From the human T2T-CHM13v2.0 reference genome, Homo sapiens: 64,000 nucleotides of DNA. The position numbers were made by a program, and so were the translations under genes. The stretch is taken from the NCBI RefSeq assembly GCF_009914755.1, contig NC_060935.1; one strand, given 5' to 3'. Positions 42,219 to 57,177 of the stretch are shown here, piece by piece. Below the pieces are notes generated by a model that made no database searches, was not told the origin of the DNA, and worked only from the letters and a program-made list of their open reading frames with translations. Positions within the stretch are counted from its first letter, which is position 1, and each line of letters starts with the position of its first letter.

Positions 42219-42948
42219 AAAAAAATTTTTTTAAAGAAATTCTGGAGTCTAAAATTTTATCTAGTTTATATGAACTAATTTCCCAGATGTTATGATTATC
42301 AATTGATTAAACAGTATATTAGAGGTATAATATTCTAGTTACAGCACTATTAGTCATCACTGTTTAGATTTTATTTTGTTTTTTAGTTTTTATTAGGAAA
42401 AAAATTTTAACATATCCCATAAAAAAAACAGAGGAAAAAATTACAACGAAGCCCTGCAGTAATTGTCAACTTTGAGAATTACCAGTGCACGGCTACATAT
42501 ATATTTCTACCCACTTTTTTTCTCTCTACTGTATTATTCTCAAGCAAATACCAGATGTCATATTGTTTACCCATATAATACACTTCAGTGGGTATCTAAG
42601 AGAGATAAGAGCTTTTTATTAATAGAATCTCTATCATTATAACTTCTAAAAATTAATAATTCTTTAATATCAAATAGCATTGACTAGACATTTATGCCAA
42701 TTGTGTTAAAAGTTGCTGACAATACTATTCAAATTAAATATTTTTACACTAATCAACATTCAGTAATGGACAACTTGGAAAGTCTCAAATTCTAGACTAG
42801 ATTTTATCAGAACTATGACTCATATAACAGCATAACTTTGTAAAATATCCCTATGTGGTTCAAAACCATTGTGCCATAACATTATGACTTATCAACGATA
42901 AGTGATATGTAGTTTAGGAATAAATAAAATTAACAAATGAAAACCTCA

Positions 42949-43104
<156 letters not shown>

Positions 43105-43525
43105 TTACAAATGCATTTAATTTTATATGTGTTGTCAACAATCATAGACAGTATACACGGAAAGAAAAAGCCAGTAATTTTGGACTCTCTGAAGGAAAAT
43201 ACTTGGTTAAACTGTAAATTCCATATAATCTATGAGTATTTGTTTTCCCAAACTTTCAGTTTTGCCTTTATTCTTCAAATCAGGTAACACTCATTGAACA
43301 TATTAGTTGTTTGGAAACACTATTACCTTCTTTTCAATTTCATCTCTAAGGCCTGTATTTAGGTTCCTGTTTTAGAATGCTAGCATTGTTCTAAAAACTA
43401 ACCCCTGCAGAGTCTGTTTGTCTGACGTTAATAATACCACACCAGCTTTGTTGTTGAAATTTGCCTACTATATCTTTTCTCATCTTTTAATTTCAACCTT
43501 TCTCTACTTCTTGTAAACAGCATAC

Positions 43526-43617
43526 ACAAATGCTCCGCAATTTAATGATAGGGTTACGTCCTAATAAACCCATTGTAAAGTTGAAAAATCTTAAATTGAA
43601 CATAAATCAGAGACTGT
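43526..43617. mobile_element. MER47/Tigger-type MITE
   Basis: gggttacgtcctaataaacccattgtaaagttgaaaaatc resembles the short MER47 consensus. Confidence 0.65.
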
Positions 43618-43694
43618 AACTGAAATATTTTTAATCCAGTCTGACAACTTTTGTCTTTTAACTATTTCATTTAATCCATCTATACTTATTGTAA

Positions 43695-44059
<365 letters not shown>

Positions 44060-44847
44060 TGGTTTTTATTTTTTCTATCTTCTCTTTTTTCCTTCTTTTC
44101 AATTTCTCCTGTCTCTTCTTTCATCCCCTCTGTTAGTATGGTATTTATAAACTCTTTTTCTATTTTTTTAGTGGCAACTCTAGAAAATACGATATACATA
44201 CTTATGAAATTGAAGTTATATATATCATTTCTTATTTTCTCCTGTTTATTACTGAACCAAATTATCTTTCTTTATATCACTTCAACTTTAATCATACACA
44301 CCCGGTAAAGCAAGAGTCCCCATTTGTTTTCTCAAGGTAAAATACTATATTTTCCCTTTATCATAGCTTATTTCTTCATGTGACATGCAAATTTCCTTAG
44401 TCTATTATTAATTGCTATTCCCTCTTATCACTTCCAACTTATCCCATGTGATACATCAGAATTTTTAGTTCAGATTTTAATCTTCATTCATTTTCACTAA
44501 TGTAATAGTTTCGTAAGTGATTTTCCTAATCCAGTCCTTATTCCCTTCAAATCTACCCTCCAGATAGTTTCTAGAATAATGGAAAAAAACTAAATAATGA
44601 TTAAAGAAATCTAAATACAATTTTCAAGTGGTTTTTAAAATTCATATTAAATCCACAAGAATAAATGCTACAAATTTTGCAAAAAATATTCTTTTGGCTT
44701 TAACATGAATTTTAAAAACCCACTAAGGTTTTGGTACACTTAAACAACAGTGGAAATGAATGAGCTAGTATTGTATGTATTATCATGACTAACTCTCCCA
44801 AGTATAATATTGAGTGAGGGTAGTAAGGTGCACAATGATTATATAGC

Positions 44848-45344
44848 TGTGAAAAGAAAATAAATCTCAGGACCCCCAAACCACCAAGCCAAAGGGAAGT
44901 CAAGCTAGGAACTGCACCAGGAAAACCAACCTCCATTTTATTCCTAAGTAAGATAGCTACAAAAATTAAAAAAAAAAAAAAAAAAAAACAAACTACATAC
45001 CTCCCATACCTCCCTCACAACCTGCCCACAAGGAAATTCCTTGTGGACAAAGGACAGACAAAACTCAAAGTCATCCCTGTACTCCTGTGAGACAAATGCA
45101 TATCTGATTTCTTCCTCTGCCCTATTGTTTCACTAAGCCAGACTAAAGCTTAAGTGACTATTCCTCTATCTTCCTCTCACATGTAAATTGTGTATTCAGT
45201 AAAAGGCTAATCAGAGACTCAAAAGAATGCAACCTTTTGTCTCTTATATACCTATGACCTGGAAGCCCCCTCCCCTGCTTTGAGCTGTCCCGTCTTTCCA
45301 GACCCAACCAATGTACATCTTATGCATATTGACTGATGTCTCAC
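44848..45344 (+). mobile_element. MER4-family ERV1 LTR, cut off by the MER50 insertion
   Basis: Begins TGTGAAAAGAAAATAAATCTCAGGACCCC...AAGCCAAAGGGAAGTCAAGCTAGGAACTG, matching my recollection of MER4-type LTR termini; orientation uncertain. Confidence 0.7.
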
Positions 45345-46061
45345 TGTTACAGCAGGTAGCTAGCCAGACATGAGCAGGGAAGGAGAGGATCCCCCACCCC
45401 CATGCCACCACCAGGAATGTCAGGCAACCATCAGGTGATGGTCAGGTGATTATTAAACTGTCTCTCTAAAATAATAATTGGTCATAGCTGATGCCACAGA
45501 AAGGCAGTCTTCCAACAGACAGAAACATCAGAAACTGGTGATCAGCAGCTTCCTGATAAAATCTCAGGAGTTGGCGAGCGGGCTCATGCCTGTGTAGTTA
45601 AGAGGCAAAATGGCAGAGTTTAACTGGTATATGACCCTCTAGGAACATTTGGACTGGTAAAGGAAGAAAGCCTCCAGTGAGCATGCGTACAATTCCAGTA
45701 AACACACTGCACATGTGCCCCCTACCAAATGCTGACAGGCCTTTGTGCATGCGGAGTGCCCACCCCAAGGGAAGAATCTGGGGAGGAGAGATGCAAGACC
45801 CCGGACACATGACAACATATAAAATCCCGAGTCAAAGCTCAAACAGTGCACTTGATCTCTCAAGTTGTCTGCTTGGCCCTCTTCCAAGTGTACTTTACTT
45901 CCTTTCATTCCTGCTCTAATACTTTAAAATAAACTTTCACTCCTGCTCTAAAATTTGCCTTGGTCTCTCACTCTGCCTTATGCTCCTTGGTTGAATTCTT
46001 TCTTCTGAAGAAGCAAGAATTGAGATTGCTGCAGACCTCTATGGATTTGCTGTCGGTAACA
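45345..46061 (+). mobile_element. MER50 LTR (5' LTR of a truncated provirus)
   Basis: TG...CA termini (TGTTAC...GGTAACA), TATAAAA at 45818, AATAAA at 45928, followed by a PBS; clearly homologous to 60373-61088. Confidence 0.85.
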
Positions 46062-49000
46062 TACTTTGGTGCTGTGATTTGGATACATTCCCTAATGTTA
46101 ACATACTTTGGTGCCACGTGACTCAAATATGCTTCCTCAGTGGTAAGACATCTCTATGCCTCAACTTCTTTGGCTGGAGGTGTTTAACCCCTGTACACAG
46201 TTTCGTTTGCTCTTTTCATTCTTCTGCTTACTAACCAACCCCCAGAACAATTCTTCTCGGCCACAGTGGCTCTGTTCCTCAAGCTCATCTCTCAGCTCCT
46301 GCTGATGTACGGTAGCTCACAGGGGTAGGAAGGACCTTGGAGTCCTTCCCAGGTAAGATCATTGACCTGAGACACAATGGCTCTCCTAGACAAGAGGTTC
46401 ATGAGAGTGGTAGGGCTAAAGCCTAAAACCATGCAATGTCTGGGGTTTCCTCTGCTTTTTCAACTCAAATTGGCTCTTTTCCAAAAACCCACACCACCTA
46501 TTCTCCTGTTTTCTCTGTATGTATTCTGAAATGGCCTTGTACACCCTCCGGACCGTCCACCTCGAGGCAAGTCAGCCTCTTTTGCTTTCACTTTGCATGC
46601 CATGTAACTGTTATTTGTACACCCTCAGCTCTTGCTGAATTTGTGCAGCAGCAAAAACATGGGCTCCCTTGTGGCTATCTAGAGACTTAACACTAGTTTT
46701 TACCTTACCAGCTCAGATGACCTCTAATCCTGCCTCTGTCTGTTGGTACATTGCCAGGACAGACACTAATTGGATCCCCAGTCAGCTCCTTATGACTTAC
46801 CATATGCTTTTTGTTCCTGTTACGGTCCAGGGCTGAGTTTTCCGGTGGCTTTTGAAGTAGTTTTCCACCCACATAGGGCCTCATTCTAGCCCTTTAAGGA
46901 CCCCACTTACTTGCTTTTTTTGAGTTAGCACCCCTTCGGGAGGAGGGGAAATTCTTCCTTTCCCATTTGTGAGTTCCTACATCAAGCCCTAAGTCCTCCA
47001 GAGGTTACCACTTTATGTTAAGAAGACAAATAAATGTTGCCCTCTCAAATCCAAGGGATGCTGTTTTTGGAAGCATAAGAAGGCTTTCCATGATTATTCC
47101 TCTGGCTTCCTCCCACTTCCTCCTGGAGCTTCCATTTCTCTAATCACTTCCATGCCCTTCTCAATATTGATCAAAATCTTCAAGGTCATATTTGAAGGGA
47201 GGGAAGTTCAGCCCCCTTGCAGCAGTTAGCTGAAAATCAAGCTTCTTGTCTAGTTAGAGAACAAAGGAAATGGGAATCTGAGAAAAGGGATAATCATTTT
47301 GTTGCAAGAATGCTCCAAGTTGAGAGTCACTGGAAGGTCATGGAGGCAAGAATATAGGATGGCCCAAGGCCGTCGGCACAAGAGACCCATACGACAGACA
47401 TGAAGGCTGGTCTCGGGTTAACAGATTATCATTATAACAGAGATGAAGGCAAGGTTAAGGGTACGTGGTAAGACCAGTTCATTCTGGAACCGCACGGATG
47501 AACAGGAGAGGGCTCTCTGTTCTCTCTGGTATCTCCTCTGTGAAAAGGGCGTACCGAAGTTAAGGGTACATGGTAAGATCAGCTCATTCCAGAACCCTAA
47601 GGACAAATAGGGGATGCCCTATTCAGGATAATAGGAAGAGAAGACGCTTTCTTTTTTCTTTTTTTCTCATCTATTCTCTCTTCACAGATGGGTAACTGCA
47701 TCTTCATACCACAGAACACGCCCCTCAGATGCATTCTCAAGAACTGGGAAAAGTTTGACTCCAAAACCCTAAAAAGGGAAAGGCTAATATTTTTCTGTAA
47801 CACAGACTGAATTGAATACAAGCTCCACGACCAGGAATCTTGGACAGAAAACCAAAATTTTAATATGATCTATCAACTAGATTTACTTTGCCGCCAGCAG
47901 GGAATATGGATAGAAATCCCCTATGTACAGGCCTTCATAGCCCTATGAAACAACCCTGACCTTTGTTGGGCTTGTAAAATGGATCTAGTGATGATAGCTG
48001 CCATAGTCAGGCAGCCCCCTCTGGCTGGTTCGGGACACTCCTTATTGGGTTTACCCTGGTTTCAAGCCCCAGAGGAGCAAAAGATGACGGCTCAAACCCC
48101 ACTGCCCCTTCTACCTCATTATATTCAAGTCTCCCAGGCCCGGAGCCCCTCCATATCCAGGGCTATCCTCTGGACACCACCCTCTTAGGTCACGCCCCCT
48201 TCAAGAGGTCAGTAGCCCCAGTGGACCCACTAGAAACCAGACTCCATTCACTATGTAAGGCCTGAGCCAAATTACAACAGAACTATGGGACTTTATGGAG
48301 GACCCTGACAAATACATCAAAGGGTTCTGTAAACTGGGATTAACATTTGAACTCACTTGGAGGGATTTCTCAGTCATACTAGGGCAAATTCTGTCTAAGG
48401 GAGAAAGTGATTCCATTATGGAGGTGGCCCAACAATTTGCAAATCCAATGCATATGACTGACCCGGGTGGCTACCCTGTAGGAGCCATCACAGTTCCTCC
48501 GGTTGACTCCAATTGGGATTACAATACCCAGGGAGGTATATGGGGAAGAAACCGCATGTTCCTCTGGTAGAAGGGATAAAAGCTAGCAGAACAAAGGCTG
48601 TGAACTATAATACAATGGCCTTAATAGATCAAGGCCCTCTTGAAAACCCCATCACTTTCACAGAGAGGCTACAAGAGGCCCTAGTGAAACATACTAACCT
48701 AGACCCAGAGACATCAGAAGGGCAACTGGTCCTACAGGACCGTTTCCTAACTCAGGCAGCCCCAGATATTCAGAGGAAACTCCAAAAGCTAGCACTGGGC
48801 CCCAATACCCCTATGCCTGATGTTCTCAAAACAGTTGCCTTGGTCTTTTACATCAAGGACCAGAAGGAAGAAGAAAGGGCTCAGGAAAAGGAGAGGCAAA
48901 CGGAAAAGTGGCAGCTCCAACTATTGGCTGTCTTACAAGTCCACCAGCTCCCTCCAATTTGCCCTAGGAATATCTTCCCAAATAATTGCATTGGTATGAG

Positions 49001-49580
49001 AAGCCAGGCCACTGGAAGGCCAACTGCATCAATGGGACAGATGGGAAAAAGCCTTGCATGGCTTGCCCCCTCCACCACAAGCTTGGCAACTGGAAATAGG
49101 ACTGCCCTGAGGGCTGGAGGGCTCCTGGGAGAGAATCCTTTGTCTTGAGCTGAGGGGGGCCTACAGTCCAGCTGGCTCCCAGATCAAACATCACTATTGA
49201 AGGGACAGAGCCAAGGAATGCTTTGCATGTGGCAGGTAGGACTATAAGTTTTCTTTTGGACACTGGAGCAGCCTTCTCAATGCTTACCTCTTTTCCTGGG
49301 CAATTATCCTCCAAATCCTGCCAGATAATGGGGATAAATGCGGTGCACATAACCAGGAGGTTTACTCCTCCTTTGTGCTGCCTATCTGGGGGAACTGTCT
49401 TTTCTCACTCATTTTTAGTGTTGCTAGAATGTCCCATAGCCCTTTTGGGTAGAGATATTTTATTTAGACTAGAGGCTCCAGGGCAGACATCCCCTTTTTG
49501 AACTGCGATCTTATGCCTCAAGGAAACCACACACAAGGGTGAACTGCCCATGGACTGTCTCATTAATCCAGAGGTCTGGA
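46062..49580 (+). mobile_element. Class I (gamma-like) ERV internal region: PBS, leader, decayed gag and protease; pol, env and 3' LTR missing
   Basis: PBS at 46067. Gag MA starts [24 protein letters not shown] at 47688. CA major-homology region QGPLENPITFTERLQEAL...FLTQAAPDIQRKLQK, zinc-knuckle remnants, and protease FLLDTGA...LLGRDIL (ORF 49223..49501). Confidence 0.9.
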
Positions 49581-49654
49581 TATGTTCCTATTGTCATATA
49601 TAACATTTAAATATGTTACAACGGCAAAACAGTTAAACTTATTGCTTTCTATAT

Positions 49655-51459
49655 ATTTTTATTTATTATACTTTAAGTTCTGGGATACATGTGCAGAACG
49701 TGAAGGTTTGCCAAATAGGTATACCTGTGCCATGGTGGTTTGCTGCACCCATCAACCTGTCATCTACATTAGGTATTTCTCCTAATGCTGTCCCTTCCCT
49801 ACCCTCCCCACCCCCTGACAGGCCCTGGTGTGTGATGTTCCCCTCCCTGTGTCCATGTGTTCTCATTGTTCAACTCCCACTTATGAGTGAGAACATGCGG
49901 TGTTTGGTTTTCTGTTCCTGTATTAGTTTGCTGAGAATGATGGTTTCCAGCTTCATCCATGTCTCTGCAAAGGACATGAACTCATCCTTTTTTATAGCTG
50001 CATAGTATTCCATGGTGTATATGTGCCACATTTTCTTTATCCAGTCTATCATTGATGGACATTTGGGTGGGTTCCAAGTCTTTGCTATTGTGAACAGTGC
50101 TGCAATAAACATACGTGTGCATGTGTCTTTACAGAATGATTTATAATCCTTTGGCTATATACCCAGTAATGGGATTGCTGGGTCAAATGGTATTTCTGGT
50201 TCTAGATACTGGAGGATCATCACACTGTCTTCCACAATGGTTGAACTAATTTACACTCCCAACAAGAGTGTAAAAGAATTCCTATTTTTCCACATCCTCT
50301 CCAGCATCTGTTGTTTCCTTTTTAATGACTGCCATTGTAGCTGGCATGACATGGTATCTCATTGTGGTTTTGATTTGCGTTTCTCTGATGATCAGTGATG
50401 ATGAGCTTTTTTTCATGTTTCTTGGACACATAAATGCCTTCCTTTGAGAAGTGTCTGTTCATATCTTTCACCCACTTTTTGATGAGGTTGTTTTTTTCTT
50501 GTAAATTTGAGTTCCTTGTAGATTCTGGATATTAGCCCTTTGTCAGATGGATAGATTGGAAATATTTTCTCGCATTCTGTAGGTTGCCTGTCACTCTGCT
50601 GATAGTTTCTTTTGCTGTGAAGAAGCTCTTTAGTTTAATTAGATCCCATTTGTCTATTTTGGTTTTTGTTGCCATTGCTTTTGGTGTTTTAGACATGAAG
50701 TCTTTGCCCATGCCTATGTATTGGTATTGCCTAGATCTTCTTCTAGGGTTTTAATGGTTTTAAGTCTTACATTTAAGTTTTTAAGGCATCTTGAGTTAAT
50801 TTTTTTAAAAGGTTTAAGAAAGGGGTTGAGTTTCAGTTTTTTGCATATGGCTAGCCAGTTTTCCCAACACCATTTATTAAATAGGGAATCCTTCCTCCAT
50901 TGCTTGTTTTTGTCAGGTTTGTCAAAGATCAGATGGTTGTAGATGTATGGTGTTATTTCTGAGGCCTCTGTTCTGTCCCATTGGTCTATGTATCTGTTTT
51001 GGTACCAGTACCATGCTGTTTTGGTTACTGTAGTCTTGTAGTATAGTTTGAGGTCAGGTAGCATGATGTCTCCAGCTTTGTTCTTTTTGCTTAGGACTGT
51101 CTTGGCTATACAGGCTCTTCTTTGGTTTCATTTGAAATTTAAAGTAGTTTTTTCTAATTTTCTGAAAAAAGTCAATGGTAGCTTGATGGGGATAGCATTG
51201 AATCTATAAATTACTTTGGGCAGTATGGCCATTTTCACGATATTGATTCTTCCTATCCATTAGCATGGAATGTTTTTCCATTTGTTTTTGTCCTCTCCTA
51301 TGTCCTTGAGCAGTGGTTTGTAGTTCTCCTTGAAGAGGTCCTTCACATCCCTTGTAAGTTGTATTCCTAGGTATTTTATTCTCTTTGTAACAATTGTGAA
51401 TGGGAGTTCACTCATGATTTGGCTGTTTGTCTATTAGTGGTGTATAGGAATGCTTGAGA
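49655..51459 (-). mobile_element. 5'-truncated L1PA (about L1PA6-8): ORF2 C-terminus and 3'UTR
   Basis: Minus-strand ORFs [19 protein letters not shown]... and MFIAALFTIAKTWN...; L1PA 3'UTR with G-rich tract. Confidence 0.9.
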
Positions 51460-51575
51460 TTCCTTTATGCTTTTTTAAAAACTAAGAGAAGAAATAAAAA
51501 AATACACATATAGTCTATTTACCCACAGATTTCCCATTTCTAGTGTTGTTTGTTCGTGTGAAATCGAATTATTAA

Positions 51576-51911
<336 letters not shown>

Positions 51912-52373
51912 TTCCTTTTGTATTTCTTATAGAGCAGGTCTACTAGCGATAAATCTGTTTTTGTTTACTTGGAAATGTCTTCATTTTATCTTTGTTTCTG
52001 AAAGACAGTTTTGCCAGTGACAGAATTCTTGTTTGGTATTTTTTTCTTTCAGTGCTTTTAATATGTCACATCAATGCCTTCTGGCTCCCGTTCTTTCTGT
52101 TGAGAGACCCGCTGCAATAATATTATAGTTCTATTGATTCATATAGATGAATTATTTTCTCTTGCTGTTCTCAAGGGTTTGCCTTTCACCAGTTTCACAA
52201 TCATGCTGTGTCTACATGGGGATTTTTTTACTGTTAACTTGGGCTTCATTGTGCTTCTTGGGTCTACAGGTTAATGATTTCAACAAATTTTGCTAAGTTT
52301 TTGAGCATTATTTCTTCAAATACGTTTTTCTAATCACCCCCATATGCATCCAATGGAGATGCTCTGTACCTAA

Positions 52374-52862
<489 letters not shown>

Positions 52863-54159
52863 TAATATCTATTTGGCTCTTTTTCAGTTTTTACTTCACT
52901 ACTGAAATTGCCTAGGTTTTTGACCACTGTCATTATATTTTGTCTTAATTCTTTCAATATGGCTACCATTAATTCTTTTAGCATATTTATAACAGCTGAT
53001 TTAAAGTCCTTATCTGCTAAATCCAGTATGTGCGCTCAAAGTCAGTTAATACTATTTTTTTTTCCCCTGAGTATGGGTTACACTTCACTGTTTGAATGCC
53101 TCTTGCTTTTTGGTAAAAATTGGACATTATAAATAATATACTGCACTAAATTTGAATTATATTTTTTTCCTGAAAGCTTTTTTTTTTCTTTGAGAGGGTG
53201 CTCACTGCTTTAAGCTGCAAAATCTGCTTGTAATGTTAGGCTGCTGATGTCTGGTTTAAAATTTTTTATTTTTATGGTTTAGCTTGGCTTCCTAGGGGTT
53301 ATCCCTGTGTTTGCATGGTTCACTTGGTCAGTCCATAATTTGGGCAGAGGTTGTACTCAAATACCTTGAGCCAATAAAGCTTCTACGTACTGCTGACCAA
53401 TTTTGCATGGGTTGGAGCACGTTCATAGTTTAGCCAGATTTTAAGTATGCTTTCAGTTTCAGACATGTGCATAGTTTCCCAGGCAGCCAGGCATGTATAG
53501 AGACATTGTCTAGTTCTTCTAAGACTTTCTCCTCTTCACAATTTCTCTGTTAAATTTCTGGCTGATGTGCCACTAGCCCCAACTATGACTGTAATTCAGA
53601 CAGGCATCTGACGTTTTTCTCCTTTCATCTCCTACTGGTTTCAATACTTTTACCGATAATGATGCCATGGGTTTTAGCCCTCCATCCCAAATAAATTCCA
53701 CTCCATCTGGTAGCAAAGCTGGTTTTCTACCCAGCCCTACTCTGCCACTACCAGTCTCACTGACAAAGCTGGGATGTAGGGGAGAGGGGGCAACCACCAG
53801 ATAAGAATGCTGCAGACTCCTGCTGTTTTTACACAAAGTTCTAGCATGAATAAATGTTTCCAAATTTGTCATTTGCTTTTGGTCAATTTCCAGAGCCCTG
53901 AAATTGTTGTATTCAACAACTTTGTCTAGTTTATACTGGTTCTTTGGGGGAAAGGATTTGCTAAACTCTTTGTACTGTCTTTGGTGATGTTAATTTTGTC
54001 TCCTAAATTTTGTCCAATGCTGTCCAATTTCTCCAATGAATACTTATTATTTTTCCTGCAACTAAAAAGCAATCTGTATCAAGACACTTTAAGACCACGT
54101 AAATATCTCATCTCTCACCAAAATGCCTGGCTAGATTTAGCATCTACTGATAATTTCTG

Positions 54160-55230
54160 CCTGAATAGATCTTTACTATAATGATTATAATTTTCCAAAT
54201 GCAGCACTCACTCTGTATTTCCCAGTCAGCACTTGGCATTCTACATAGCAGAGTCCTCCTTTTCCTCTACTTACTTGCTCATTCATTCATTCATTCATTA
54301 TCAGTGTGGACTCATAAATATCTACTTTTTCCTAACAGTCTGTAAGTCACTACTGTCCTTAATTTTTCTGGTGCTAAACATGTCCTAGATTTATGCAGTA
54401 GGAGCCCTTTAACTTAGTTCCTGTGTCCTTGAGACAGAGCTCTTTTATTTTTCCAGGCTCATATTGTACTTACCCTGTCCTAGCCCTAGTCCAACCATTT
54501 CTCCTAAGAGTCCTGGTTCTCTTTGGTGAGAAATGGTATCAAAGACCAAAATTTTAGGTGTTAGGGCATGTGTTAGATCATTTCTACTGGGGTGACTTTG
54601 CTTCTAGGCCACTTTTGCCTATAGATGGAGCTAGGAAATATATGCATGTACATATATACATACACATACATACATGAGAACATATACATGCATATGTATT
54701 TGAGAAATCCTGAGTCTATGCCATTACTTTTAATTCCATTCCATCCCCACAGGGTATCCCTCACTATCCCAATTCATATTTGTATGTTCCTTCTTCCACT
54801 GAGAATGCTGGAACCTAATAACATCAACATACTTATTCATTTGCTAAATCCTGTATTACACATAAAAGAGCTTCAGAATTGTTTCAGCCATTTCAACTAA
54901 AAAAAAAAAAAAAAAAAAAAACGAAAATGGAGTTCACTATTTGTTTGCAATTCTCTTCCCAAAACTGTCCAAAGCTGAGTTTGTACAGTCAAATACTCAT
55001 AAGTTACTAAAGTAACTTAGTTTTTTTTCCCTCTTCAGTGTGGTTACATTATTTGAATGACAGTAGAGTTTGTTTACATATGCTTTTAATTTTAAGGTAA
55101 TATTTTCTTTCCTTTCTTCTTATCCTAATTGAATTTTTTAATATATGTAAGACACAAATATGCTACCAGAAGTCAAAATAATACAAGAAGATACACTTAG
55201 GGAAGTGTCATTCCCTCCCTCAATTAATAG
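54160..55230 (-). mobile_element. L1MC4/5-like 3' fragment
   Basis: atcagtgtggactcat; aaccatttctcctaagagtcctggttc; gcttctaggcc...gagctaggaaatat motifs. Confidence 0.65.
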
Positions 55231-55237
55231 TACTGTA

Positions 55238-55550
55238 CCAGGCCTGGTGCAGTGGCTCATGCCTGTAATCCCAGCACTTTGGGAGGCTGAGGTAGGTAGA
55301 TCGCTTGAGCCCAGGAGTTTGAGACCAGCCTGGGTAACACAGTGAAATCCCGTCTTTACTAAAAAATACAAAAATTAGCCAGGCATGGTGGTGTGTGCCC
55401 ATAGTTTCAGCTACTTGGGTGGACGCTGACGTAGGAGGACTGCCTGAGCCCAGGAGGTCGAGGCTACAGTGAGCTGAGTTTGCACCACTGCACTCCAGCC
55501 TGGGCAACAAAGCAAGACGCACCCTGTCTCAATAATAATAATAATAAAAT
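55238..55550 (+). mobile_element. AluJ with (AAT)n tail
   Basis: TSD-like TAATARTACTGTA. Confidence 0.88.
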
Positions 55551-55720
55551 AATAATACTGTATCAATGTCAGTTCCTGGTATCCATAATGTACTATGATT
55601 ATGTAAAATATTGTTATAGGAAGGTGGGTACTGCATACATAGGGACTCCGGATGAATTTAGTTATTTCTTGTGAGTCAAACTATTTAAAATAAAGAGTGA
55701 TACTTTTTAAAGTCTGTGGA

Positions 55721-55972
55721 TGTATTAGTTTTCTATGGTTGCTATAACAAAGTACCACAAATTTGGTGGCTTAAAACAAGACAAATTTATTATTTTACTG
55801 TTGTGGAAGTCCTGTGATCAAATTTTCCAGCTTCTGGTGACTTCTCACGTTCCTTGTCTTGTGGTTTCCTTCTATCTTCAAAGTTGACTATGAGCAGTCA
55901 TACTATATTACTCTGAAGGTAAATCTTTTGCCACCCTATTAATGACTCCTGAGGTTATCGTGGTCCACCTGG
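55721..55972. mobile_element. MLT1 (MaLR) LTR fragment
   Basis: tgtattagttttctatggttgctataacaaagtaccacaaatttggtggcttaaaacaa terminus. Confidence 0.7.
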
Positions 55973-56204
55973 GGTGGGAGCTTCCTAAAGGGACTGACCC
56001 TTGAGGTAGATTTTGACAGAGATGCATTAGTTAAGGAGAAAAGAAAAGCATAGCATTCAAAGCTGACAGAAGAGTGAGGAAGCAAATGGCATTAACAGAC
56101 CTACAAGTAATTTGGCCAAAGACAAATTTATGAAGAATCTGTATGTCATGTCAAGTCTAGTCTTTTTAAATGAAGACTCTGGGGAAAAACTTGTCCCTCT
56201 TTGC

Positions 56205-56469
56205 TTTTTTTTTTGAGACGGAGTCTCACTCTGTCACCAGGCTGTAGTGCAATGGCACGATTTCGGCTCACTGCAACCTCTGCCTCCCGGGTTCAGCAAT
56301 TCTCCTGCCTCAGGTGCCCCCCATCACTCCAGCTAATTTTTGTATTTTTAGTAGAGATGGGGTCCCACCTTGTTGTCCAGGCTGGTCTTGAACTCCTGAT
56401 CTCAGGTGATCGACCCGCCTCGGCCTCCCAAAGTGCTGAGATTACAGGCATGAGCCACCATGCCTGGCC
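56205..56469 (-). mobile_element. AluS with an internal deletion
   Basis: Dimer lacking part of the right arm. Confidence 0.88.
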
Positions 56470-56844
56470 CCCACCTTGCTCTTATCTGAACACTCTGCCC
56501 TATCCCACAAAAAAAGGATAACCGATTTACAAGTAGTTCATCAGAAAATAATATTCATAATCAGTATCATTTAGTATCAGATAAATTGTGAAGAAGGGAG
56601 GCCTGCAGTTGTAAGGAACTTTACGTTACTCATATTAGTAAAAACAATCAGTTGATATTGTCAAGGGAGGCAATGCTATACTATATTTACTGAGAGGATA
56701 TATGTCTCATAATGTAGAAATGAGATAGGAACAATATTCTAGTGCTTAAAGGGTAAGTTTTTCATTATCCAGAAAATTAATAGTATAATACAAAACAATT
56801 TACCCAAGCCTAATTGAAATACTACTTAAATTCTTTATTCTTAA

Positions 56845-57177
<333 letters not shown>

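Noticed and set aside
48295-49501. Gag and protease ORFs as a co-opted retroviral gene
   Set aside because: Gag is split by several stops and frameshifts and the zinc knuckles are damaged; no intact long frame.
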